Below are positions 37,960 to 50,162 of a stretch of DNA of 64,000 nucleotides, one piece after another. This stretch comes from Paraphysomonas bandaiensis (lineage: Eukaryota > Protista > Chrysophyceae), in contig CBFFRP010000152.1 in NCBI GenBank assembly GCA_965644295.1, positions 170,151 to 234,150 of the forward strand, in the 5' to 3' direction. The first letter of the stretch is position 1. Each line of letters starts with the position of its first letter. The notes under the pieces are model-generated. The model worked only from the letters and a program-made list of their open reading frames with translations. It did not search any database and had not been told where the DNA came from. A program made the position numbers and the translations under genes.

Positions 37960-39180
37960 CATTTTGTCTCAAAAAATGCTTTTTTTTGACCTGATTTGGG
38001 CTCAACAGGGCGCTCATATCAGCACCGGGCAAATATAGACCTTCAACTTCAATATTCGGTTGAACAGAAGCTCAATTCTATCTTCATTATGATAATGACA
38101 GTCGATTGTACGTGATTTTATTATAGTACACAATTATAGAGAAACCGCAATCATGAGCCAAATATCAAGAGCAGATCATCTAACACTCCAGGTTATATTC
38201 CATCCTTCGACTGTTGTAGAAGATCACAACGATGTCAGTGCAAGTGATCTGTCTTCATATCCAGGACTTCGAAACAACTTCAAGAATATTACAGGAGAGT
38301 TTAAGTACCATATCTGATGCTATATAGGTGGTTAGGTGCAGTGGCACCCAGTTCTTTCAGGGTTGGAGCCATATCATGCTTCTCAGGATATTGTGTGTCT
38401 CATATCATACACACATCCTTCGATAAGGTGCACTTGCAGAGGTAAAGCCTGCTGTATATAAATGTGATGATGATGCTAATTAAGGCAATAAGAAGCCTCT
38501 CTGTCATCTTCAACTGTTTACATTTATCATCACACTTACAGTGTATACATATCATTCATTTGAAACTATGTGAGTTCTCATTTGTGTTATTAATTTAATC
38601 AAGAAACATCTATTTCTTAATACAGCAAGCATGCTACAAATAGCTATACAAATCTAATATTAACTTTTCAACGTCATGAGGATAAGCTACAATTTAACCT
38701 AGGGATAAGGAGTATCGTCCCTTGTCTAAATTTTAAAACTCGGGCTTTTCGCTCTCGTTTCAAAATTTTGAGCGCGGGACGATATAGCCTCCTTATTGCC
38801 CGTGATTAAATAGAACTATATCTCAATTTGTCTCAAAAAAAGATTATTTTGACTTGAATTGGGCTCAACAGAACGCTCATATTAGCACCGGGTAAATATA
38901 AACATTCAACTTCATTATTCGGCTTCAAGAGAGTTTAAGTGCCATATCTGATGCTGTATAGGCGGTTAAGGACAGTGTCATTGTGTTCTTTCAGGGTTTG
39001 GGTCATATTGTGCTTATCAGGATATTGTGTGCCTCATTCAATACACCATACACACATCATTCAATCCGTTGCTCTAGTAGAGGTTAAAAGCGTATTGTAA
39101 ATAATTGTGATGGTGGTGCTAATTAAGGCAGTAAGAAGCCTTTCGTGCGACTACAACTTTCACATTCATCATCACACTTA
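37960..39180. repeat. Two diverged tandem copies of a degenerate repeat (~37960-38540 and ~38826-39180)
   Basis: Colinear blocks ttgtctcaaaaaa...gggctcaacag..cgctcatat.agcaccggg, gagagtttaagt.ccatatctgatgct and gctaattaaggca.taagaagcct; the second copy lacks ~220 bp. Confidence 0.8.
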
Positions 39181-41205
39181 TGTACGATGACTTGCAGTTA
39201 CTTATTGCTATTTAATTGATACTAAACTACATACTCAGGTAGCTATATATATACGCATTAGTGCCAACATAGCTTGCACAACTGTTATTTCATTCAAGAG
39301 GCAATGATATATTAATTTGCTCTTTCACCGTCCGAGTAGTAGTGTCACTTAACTTCACCTTAAATCTTCACGACTGCTTTTCGAAGCAGCACTATGAATA
39401 ATAGCAGCGTGTCGCTCAACAATCGGGTGCCTTGTGATGAGTTCGTCAAACTATGTACTAACGTCGTGGCGTACATCATCTTCCTCCTGTAATCAAGTCG
39501 TCCCATACTTGCACAAGCTTGACGTGCTCCATTTCATTTAGATTTAGAAAGAACCAAACCCGCACTGTTTTTGTTTATACCATTTTTTTAACTACTTCTG
39601 TAGAAATTTAATCTCTTATAATATATATAACAGTTTAAGATAATAATAATTGCGTTGACAACTAAGACCTGTTACTGTTTTAACATAACAATGTTACTTT
39701 TAGTATCTACTATATATATAATAAGTAAACATTATGAAAACGTGGGATTTTACAACATGTGTGGGAAGTTTAGGAGTATTTTCAGTACTTAAGTAGAAAT
39801 AATGTTTAAAACACTATTTTATTTGCAGTATTCGGGTGGAGACAAGAAAAAAAAATATTGACATAAGTCTCTTATTATGAGATGTTGTAACAGAAGCGCG
39901 TTTTCGCTTACCAGCAACACGTTATCTGCCCTCATACTACCACTGACAACCCATTGATCATCATGATGAGCAAAATAAGTGTAGCTGCCAGCAAGTTGTT
40001 ACTCTACTCGTTGCTACTTTGTTTCTAATCACTAAGTGACTTTTAAATAATATGTGGCTAAATATGCTCTATGCATCAATATAGATGTGGAGTCCCACAT
40101 ACATGCTGCTGGTATTTTGTTAGACTACTGTCTATGAAACGTCTTTCTTACGGATTGTACTAGTATGCTATTTAGAGTTCATAATTACCGGTAGAAATTA
40201 TCAAAGAACACTCGTGGAGTGACTTCTGGTACAATATACACGCTTGTCAGTCATAATGAATTACTACATAGTAGTATCTTCACAACAAAGAAGCTGTTTT
40301 ACAGCAACACACATGCAATAGCTGCAGCCGTTATAATATTATCGTTATTCGCACTAAAACAATTAATTTCAAAGTTGAAAATGCTTATTTATTAATGTAC
40401 TCATAATATATATCGTACAGTGTAGTATGATGCTCGTCAGTACACAATGTAAACTTTATCTGTAGTACTAAGATAATACTACTACTGAAATAGAACTACA
40501 ATGAAATTGAGTACATACCAACAGCTATAATGACATTGTATGGAGTATTCACAGTATTATATTAGGAGTCATTGATTCACGTATATCCCTTAACGCGTGA
40601 ATACAACACACGTATACAATGAAATACCAAATAGGCTGAATAATTACCAAACTATACATGATACGCGACTGTACAAGATACGCACATGTGTGGTGCTAAC
40701 GTTCTGCTCAAACGTGTCTTGCTATTATACTATTAGGCCATATCGTTCAATCTTTATCTCTAATAATATCAAGTATATCCTTACTAAATATCAAGACTAA
40801 CCTTAAATCTTATTTTATTATTCAAGTATACGCAGTTTTCATGAAGAAGCGTATTGGATACAAATTGGTACCCAATTAACGGAATTTCAAAAAACAACAG
40901 TACCAAACTTTGTCGTGCAATTTTTAGTGTGCCATTGTCGACATTTGTGGGGTTAGGATTCGTGACTTCTATCCTAATTTTTTATCAATTACCGCAATAC
41001 ATCTCCGACTTACGTTTCTGTGTGGTACTTTCTAGTTGTGATATCATGTAATTCGTAGTTGTTTACGCAAAAAAAACTTATGTAAAAAAGGTAAAATGCG
41101 GTACGAATTATATCATTTATATACACCATTTATATTCATGCATCGGTCAATTTATATACGAGGTGTGATACTTAATCAAGTATAATAAATTCAACAAACA
41201 TGTTA

Positions 41206-44194
41206 TTAATATCGTGCCAAGCACGAGCGACCTGAATTAGCCCACGTTTTGTTTGGGTACATTCCCATCGTCAGTTTGAGTGTTCCACCAGCTCTGATAA
41301 CTCTATCTGGTATAAATGCACAATCGAACTCCTCCCCATTCAGAACTGCACTTTGAATATACATATCCTATATAATATAGTTACAATAAATAATCTTAAC
41401 AACTAAACATACTCTATCTGAAGACTTTACTGCGAATATTTCAAACCAATTTCCCTCAGTGACCCTAATTCTCGACAGGTCAAAAACAGGTGATGATAGA
41501 ACATACTCTGAGTGCCCGCCACAACCTGGGCACACCTATGTTGAATGGATAAACACTTCAGCAATAGAAAATACGAGGGTACTACCTGGTATAAACCCAC
41601 ACCTGCCATGACAAACCAAGAACTCATTTGACCGCCATCCTCGTTACCAGGTAGCCCGCCAGGACCAGAACGGTACATATCGTCTAGTATACTTCTTACT
41701 CGCTGCTGTACTCTCCATGCACCATCGGACGAATTCTGGGCATACGCGTACATAAAAGCAGCCTGATGGTCTGGTTCGTTACCTAAAATATATATCCATT
41801 ACATGTATTAACACAAATCCTCGACTACAAAAGTACCATGATTGTAAGACCCGCCATCAAAAAACGAGTTGAGTTTGTCGGTAAACGATTTATCGCCACC
41901 ATAGAGCTGTATAAGAGCCTCCACATTATGCGGTACATACCTGAGAGAGATGAATTACTATAACTTCATGCACAGAGCATACCAAGTATATTGCCATGGA
42001 GTGGCCTCCGTTAGCCATGAATATTTTTGGTTAGGATCAAACTCTGCATCGTCCCCGTCCCACTCCATACTCCTGTGACGCCCGCGCACAAACCCGACAC
42101 CTACACATGACAGAAGAGTATCACACCAGCAATTCCTAAAATTCGATATATATCACCATCTGCATCAATTACATTTCTGTAGTTCTCGCTCCGGAAGGAG
42201 AACAATTCACTATCGTCTTTAAAACCCAGTATGTCCGCGAACTGAGATACAACGTAGTCGTTGTATGCATATTCCAGAGTCCGAGATACCTATAATATCA
42301 ACTATGAACCTCGCTTAAAGGCAGATGCGTTGACATCCTGCTGTAGTTGTATAGCAACAGCATTCCGAAAACTTACCTGCTCATTACTGTGATAGGATCC
42401 CGGCAAAGAGTTCTCAAGAGGAATGAACCCATGCAACATGTACGACTCCAGGCCCCTTCTACCTTTCCCTTCCAGATAATCCGCTACTGGAGGAAGCTGA
42501 TACGAGATTGAGCAAAGTGTGTACGTTATGACAGTATTGAACTTAAATACCTCCAGAGCATTGCGCCGCACAATTTCGTATGATACATTGGCAAGCTCAC
42601 TTGATTTGTCTAATACTTCCTGAAGTATACATTACAATTACAAACAGTCACTTAATTACACCACCTTCACGAAGGCATCCGTAATAATTACAGCGCAATG
42701 ATCTCCAATCATTTCCGCTGTATAGCTATTCCATGCTACTCAACAACCCTGTGAGGTCTTGCGTGAAGAATATACACGTACCAACCTGGAAATATGGGCA
42801 GCCATCCTCCTTGTTCAGCCTTGACCACCAGAGAGCGCACCAAGTCTTCAGCCATTTCAGGATATAAAAGTAGCTGCAGCGGCGTGGTGGCTCGATACGT
42901 ATCCCAGGCGGAAAAGTCATCCATGTAAGTAAACCCTTCTGCTCTCATGAGCTCTAGAGATCCACCAAACGATAGATACTCTCCATCACTGTCGGAGTGA
43001 TGGCGCGGCAGAAGAAGAGAGTGCCAGAGGGATGTGTACATGAGGCGCATATGAGACTCCGTAACTGTCGCATCGAAGTCCTCCCTCTACATAAGATATT
43101 ATGCAAAGAATTACCACGCGCATGACCACACCTCGTTAAAGTTCTGCACATCTAGAGCAGATAGCTTTTCCTCCCATAAATCCGACACTCGACGTGCTAA
43201 GCCCTCCAGATCAAAGGCATTTCCCCCCAACTCTGCCTGCAAATTAACCCGCGATTTGTCTGTGCTCACGAATGATGAACCAACTGCTACGGAAACACTG
43301 GACTCGGAAGTGAACTCAAAGTAGGCCGCGACAGGACCCTCTAATCCAGACTTTCCATTCTTTTCCCCCGGTCGGACACTCGTATAACCGTGGATTATTC
43401 CGTAAGACAAGGCAGGACGAGAAAAACGAAGCATGTGATGACCTGAGAAACCAGCTGGGCGCCCAGTACCTTGATACCACCTACGCACTACAATAACAAA
43501 GAGCGGCACGGTATCTAATATAAAACATATGTCAAGTACCTGTGTACAGGGTTTGAGTACTCAACTGAGGACTCGGAAAGAATACGAACTGTCGAATCAT
43601 TGTACATTGTATCGAAACCCATAACGATCACATAGAAGGAATCTCCTGTAGAGCGCCCAGGAGTAAACCGGGCAATTCCTGCCCTATCGTCATTGCTTGC
43701 CTCCACTCTTAAGTCCGATTCTTTTAAGTCAATGCTATAGTACTATACCATATTACAAAATATAATCTAATAAATTTAATTACACTTACAGCAGGTGTTA
43801 TCGTCTCCGTATTATGATCAAGTTTATGATATTGTAAAGCATGATTAATATTAAGTGTTAATGATGGTATTAATGTCATTGATCCATAATCTATAACACA
43901 ACTACCACTCATATAATGTGTACGTCTTAAACCATGAAAATAAGTATCTGTATAATAATATGGTGCTTGACATTTATTTTCATTAGCAATAGTTTGTGGT
44001 GTAAATGGTGTATGAGCATTAGGAACACCAATTTGAGGGACTGTATTACCATAAGATTCCGTGTTATTTATATCACCAGTGATCCAATAACTAGTACCGA
44101 TATAAGGGTCTATGTAGCTTATTTTATTGGGATTGAGAGTGTAAATGGGAGTAATGAATGTAGTTAGTAATGTAAGAGACCATAGAGTGAGCAT
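41206..44194 (-). CDS. Glycoside hydrolase family 92 alpha-1,2-mannosidase, secreted, multi-intron
   Basis: Signal-peptide-like MLTLWSLTLLTTFITPIYT; YIDPYIGT, YTSLWH, FSAWDTYRA, QGGWLPIFP, MIGDH, SRTLEYAYND, GNEPDH, GNEDGGQMSSWFV; stop TAA at 41208-41206. Confidence 0.93.
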
Positions 44195-44311
44195 ATTAGA
44201 GGATTATATGAGTGTTTAGTATGAGGAGTTAAGTGTTATGGTTTGAGAGACAGGCAGGAAGATCATATGCTGATAGTTAGAGTACGTGTACTCATATATG
44301 TTACCAGTTTG

Positions 44312-44734
44312 TACCTACCTACCTACCTACCAACCTACATACATACATACATACATACATACATACCTACCTACCTACCTACCTACCTACAAACATACAT
44401 ACATACGTACATACATACATACATACGTACATACATACATACATACATACATACATACATACATACATACATACATACATACATACATACATACATACAT
44501 ACATACATACATAAATAATACATACATACATGCATACATACATACGTACATACATACATACATACATACATACATACATACATACATACATACATACATG
44601 CATACATACATACATACATACATACATACATACATACATACATACATACATACGTACATACATACATACATACATACATACATACATACATACATACATA
44701 CATACATACATACATACATACATACATACATACA

Positions 44735-44765
<31 letters not shown>

Positions 44766-44890
44766 GTACATACATACATACATACATACATACATACATA
44801 CATACATACATACATACATACATACATACATACATACATACATACATACATACATACATACATACATACATACATACATACATACATACA

Positions 44891-44921
<31 letters not shown>

Positions 44922-45430
44922 GTACATACATACATACATACATACATACATACATACATACATACATACATACATACATACATACATACATACATACATA
45001 CATACATACATACATACATACATGCATACATACATACATACATACATACATACATACATACATACATACATACATACATACATACATACATACATACATA
45101 CATACATACATACATACATACATACATACATACATACATACATACATACATACATACATACATACATACATACATACATACATACATACATACATACATA
45201 CATACATACATACATACATACATACATACATACATACATGCATACATACATACGTACATACATACATACATACATACGTACATACATACATACATACATA
45301 CATACATACATACATACATACATACATACATACATACATACATACATACATACATACATACATACATACATACATACATACATACATACATACATACATA
45401 CATACATACATACATACATACATACATACT
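44312..45430. repeat. (TACC)n/(TACA)n tetranucleotide microsatellite, ~1.1 kb
   Basis: Direct reading; sporadic TACG/TGCA/TATG variant units. Confidence 0.99.
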
Positions 45431-45610
45431 GTACATACAATAGATACAGGTGTGGGGGATATATCACTCTATGCCTCTACAGCAGTACATGCATATTAAT
45501 CATCCATCTCACTGTACACTAAACCTTACTATGAATTGCATATAAAGTCTCTTCATCAAACAAACTCACAGATATTCATTCCTTCCATCTCCACACCATA
45601 ACAAATAGCA

Positions 45611-48600
45611 ATGAAAGGCCTAAAACTATCACCACCATTAAAGAAACTGTCTGTATATGCAACGAAAGGACTTATTATTATATACGGTATACTTCCACTG
45701 TACATCACATGCTGCTGTTGATGTCATTATACATACATAGTTGTATATATACAGTTATATATGTACTTATATGTACAGTTGTATATATACAGTTATATGT
45801 ACACACCTGCTGTTGTTTTGTATAGCTGTTAATATATAATTCTATTTCAGGTTATAATGAATTCACTGGACTGTATCACGTCCTTGAAATTAGCCGACCA
45901 GTACTTTCAACGGATGGGACTCTGAAAGTGAGGCAGTTACCTCAAACTTTTACATTAGCACAAGTGAACAATCGGAAAAAACACATGCAAACAGCGTATA
46001 AAGATATAGAATTGCTTTACGATGATGTCCAGTGTATATATGGATGTATCAAATTGTTAGAGTCTTACTACTTAATTTTGGTTACGAAGAAAGTTAAGGT
46101 TGGTTCATTGTTGGGCCACTCCATATACACCATTGAAGATACAGCAATGATCCCTATTACGTATGGTATGTGGAACTCTGCCGACGAATCCCGCTACAAG
46201 TCCATTCTGGCCTCTTTCGACTTGTCAAAACATATATATTTCAGCTACACGTACGATCTAACGAAGTCATGGCAACTCAATGCTACAACTTCAGCTGATG
46301 CTCTCCGCAGAAACGATACAAGTCGCATAATATGCCAGAGCATGTTTGTGTGGAACGCATTTGCTTTGAAACCCCTACTGAACTGCGCGACTTCAGAGAG
46401 TCCTATGGATGCTTGGTGTATGCCAATGGTGCATGGCTATATACAGCAGCGTAATATGCGACTTGCAAATGGCATTTCTCTTCGGTTCCTCCTGATAGCT
46501 CGGCGGTCCAGGTTGTTTGCCGGGACGCGTTATTTACGCCGTGGGGTGGACGCCCTTGGTAGTGTTGCCAACGAAGTAGAATCAGAACAGATATTTATTA
46601 GCAGTACTCCAAGTCCTGGAAATGTGCCACGGGTGACTTCGGTGGTGCAATGTCGTGGGTCCATTCCTCTTTTCTGGTCCCACACAAATCTTTATGCGCC
46701 TAAACCTGATGTTCAATTAGAAGAGGACAAACAAGCACGACAGAAAGCCGCTCAGGCTCACTTCGAAAACTTGTTTCTGCGGTACGGATTTAATATTAAT
46801 GTTTTGAATCTTGTGAAGCAGGCAGAATCGAAAGGAGAGCTCATGTTGGGGAAAACATTCCGAGAAACCTGTATAGATTTGAACAGAGAATTTGAGGAAA
46901 TGCAGGAATCGTATCTTCGCGAACACTGTGCAGAAGGAGGAAGTACAATGTCTCTTCTTCCTCCTGTTAACTTCATTGCCTACGACTTTCTCAACAAAGC
47001 CAAAGCACAGCATATTGCAGCCACCGAGAGTGGACCTACTTCGCCTGACACTCCTAATGTTTTCCGCGATCTGAATCGTATATGTGAAGGTATATTTCCA
47101 ACTATTGGTTTTTATGTGGATCCTCCTCCGAGCAATGTGGCTAGCTGTACTAAACCTCAGGATCAGGAGTTTTTGAAGTTTCCCATATTTGCGATGAAAA
47201 AATCCGCTAATCGAATCGGTATTGATATTCAGGACGTAGACGAGCTATTGGTAAGTGATATGGGTGAATCAAACGTGATACTCTCTACTCAGTCGGGCCC
47301 AGGAGTAGGCACAGGGTCGCCTATTGGCTTGTATCAGAACGGTGTAATGCGAACGAACTGTATGGATTGCCTCGACCGAACTAACGTCGCTCAATTTTGT
47401 TTTGCGCGTGTGGCGATTCCTCGTCAGCTGAGAGCACTTGGTCTCAATTTGACTCCATCAGGCGTGCAAGAGGTGATCAGCGTGTGCATGGAGGTGTGGG
47501 CGGAGCATGGGGATACAATTGCAACGCAGTATGGTGGCTCTGGGGCAATGCACAAAGTAGATGAGCAGGCCACGGAATCCACAGGGGAGAAGGAGTTCGT
47601 ACTGACCGGTGGGGCGAAAAATGCAATAGTTGCAGTGCAGCGATACTATAGCAATATATCAACCGATTTCGAACGCCAACAGTCAATGGACTTGTTGCTT
47701 GGAATATTCGAACCTCGCAAGAACGAGCCTGCTGTGTGGGATCAAAAGCTGCGCACGCAACACATGAGAGTTGGCACTCTGGGTAGAAGAGCGTCGGATA
47801 TGGCTGAGGCGGTCCTGAAGAACCAGTTACTTGCATCTGAACTTCGGAACCTAATGACAGAGCATGAGTCAAGCGGTAGAGTGGAATCCGCCACTGGTGA
47901 GGAAAGCTGTGATGCAGATACTTCCGCAGAGGATGAACTCAATACAGACCTGCAGAAGCGGGTAGAGAAAATAACAGTGGGCTTTGGAGTTGCAGGGTTA
48001 GCGGGGAGCTTCTATCATGAGAGCTCTGCGATACTAGATATAACTGTGTTTGAGGATGTGGTCGAAGAGTTCGATGTCGATAATTTGAACATGGAACAGG
48101 TTTTGCGTTGTGATGAAATTATCGCATCCACTCCACTGACAATTATGTTATTATACTTCAGATTGTTGTCTACCCATTTCCTCCACTAACAACGACAGAG
48201 AGTATCTGGATGCGGCATACACAAAGTCGGAGTCATGATGAGCCGGAGACAGATACACAATGTGCTGTAGCAAGACATTCTTATCCGCCAGGTTCGTTGG
48301 AGCACCTGTACTCTGAGTACATCGAGGGTTCGTACATGTTTTCTACCATTCCATCCCCAGTGCCAGCCGCGAAATTGCATGCCCATAAGTCTGCAGCTCC
48401 CGAAGGCGAAGTATCTCAGTCTACGTCTCATGACCGCTCGATGAACAATGTTCTGTCATCCTCAGTTCAACGGCCGTCCACAGGGGAAGGTCGGGAGAGT
48501 GATACACGCTCGACGCGCCGGACGTCTCCCGCGATAACGGAGTACGAACGACTAAGCGACGATGCGGCTGAGCGGACTTCCACAGTGACCTCTGTTGCAG

Positions 48601-49199
48601 AGAACGGTATCATAAGCGATAGTTCCCGTTTATCTACATCCCCACCTGAGTCGCATGACCCCACACCCGTGGCATCGACAGTTAAATCTAAGGAAGAGGA
48701 GCCTAAGCGTACGGGTAGCTTTATGTGGCCGTTTCGCAAGATGAGCAAGGTATGCACACCGGTAATGCCCTCGTGTGCTTATGTTGTGAGATTTATCAGC
48801 GCAGTGTACCGAGTGAAGAGAGCGGTGTGGACGGAAGGCGAACGTCTGTGACAACCACAGTCACGTCTAGCCCATCAACGGCAAAGCCGCGGAGCGCGGA
48901 TCTATTCGATAGAGTGCAGGAGACGCCGAAGGACAAGGGACTTACAGGTGCTATCTCCACAAATGATACGGAGTCCGTATCTGCCTTTCCCAATAGCGCC
49001 ATCAAAAGATATATCGACAACGCTGCTGAGGAAGCTGTAGCACAGGCCATTGGTAGAACTACACCGAAGGCCGAGCATGAAAATACGCGGCTCAAATTAG
49101 ATGCGATAATGAGGTATGAAAAATTCTTAGATGTAGCACACTTGTTGTTGATTTTGTTGCAGCAAACTTGATTGCATAATGGACACAAAGGGCACCTAG
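45611..49199 (+). CDS. FIG4: SAC-domain polyphosphoinositide phosphatase, FIG4-like; ~4 introns (3' exons approximate)
   Basis: Exon 1 MKGLKLSPPLKKLSVYATK, intron 45687-45850; YFSYTYDLT, IARRSRLFAGTRYLRRG, VANEVESEQ, RGSIPLFW, catalytic RTNCMDCLDRTN, HGDTIATQYGGS; probable stop TAG at 49197-49199. Confidence 0.88.
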
Positions 49200-50162
49200 A
49201 TGTTGTAGAGATAGCAACTTGTTTGTATCTATATCGTGTTGCTTTGGAGTGCATGTAATACCGTGTGAACATCTGCTTTGTTCATTGTATACACGTTTTT
49301 ATCAAAATCTTTATTGTTTATTAAATCGTTTTATGGTGCGTAGCCTCTTAGAATTCTTCGTTAAGTCGACTGAAAGCCAATTGTATGAGTATTGGTAGTG
49401 TATTCTATTGTGAAATTAGGTGACCGAAAATTAAGTTGTTAGCATACGAAAAGCTATTGTAGCAGTCATACAACTTAGTTATTATGATACTGTGTGACAT
49501 TTGGGTCATTAAACCAAATCGTGTGCAGCCCTTTTCCATGGATGAGGAGGTTCAAAATTTTCGAGAAAATATACAACAGTACATCAGGGGATTGTAGAAA
49601 AATATAAATTAAAAAAGAACACTCGTGCAGTAACTTCTGTTTCACTACGCGTATCGCTAATATTGTTGGTCAATTAATTGATATATATTATATAGAAAAA
49701 GGCAGCTGGATTTTTACAACAAAAAAGGTTGTTTAATTAAACGTCTTTTTATTTAGCAATAGGCGTTAGAAACCTGTACCAATATAGTGGTTAGTTGAAT
49801 GCTAGTCATGCTAGTTAGACCTCTACCCATAACTAATCCGTACAAATTCCATTATTCTACTATTTAACGCTACAGAAGCTGCTTGTGCGTCGCCGCAAGC
49901 ACCAAGGTGCAACCACTTCCTTTCTAAATTTTGTTTGTGAGTTTCGCCCTGCTTGTGCGTCTTTGACTCACTGGCGCGTGATGTCTGGGGGTCTTCCCTT
50001 AGGATACGGATCTCTACCAGGCTCTGTGGTACAGGGTTTTGCATTAATGTCCGAAGTGTACCAAGTACTAGATGGGTGTTCTGTGAGGGAATCTTTCTCT
50101 GCCCTACGGTGGCAAATACCGTTCAACACAAAGTTTCACCTTATTAACCAGCTTTAAGCTCA

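Noticed and set aside
39200-41200. Possible gene in the AT-rich interval
   Set aside because: Only short ORFs, with no recognisable motifs or consistent exon chain.
44243-45522. Six ORFs of HTYI/MYVC repeats (up to 385 aa)
   Set aside because: Stop-free translations of the (TACA)n microsatellite.
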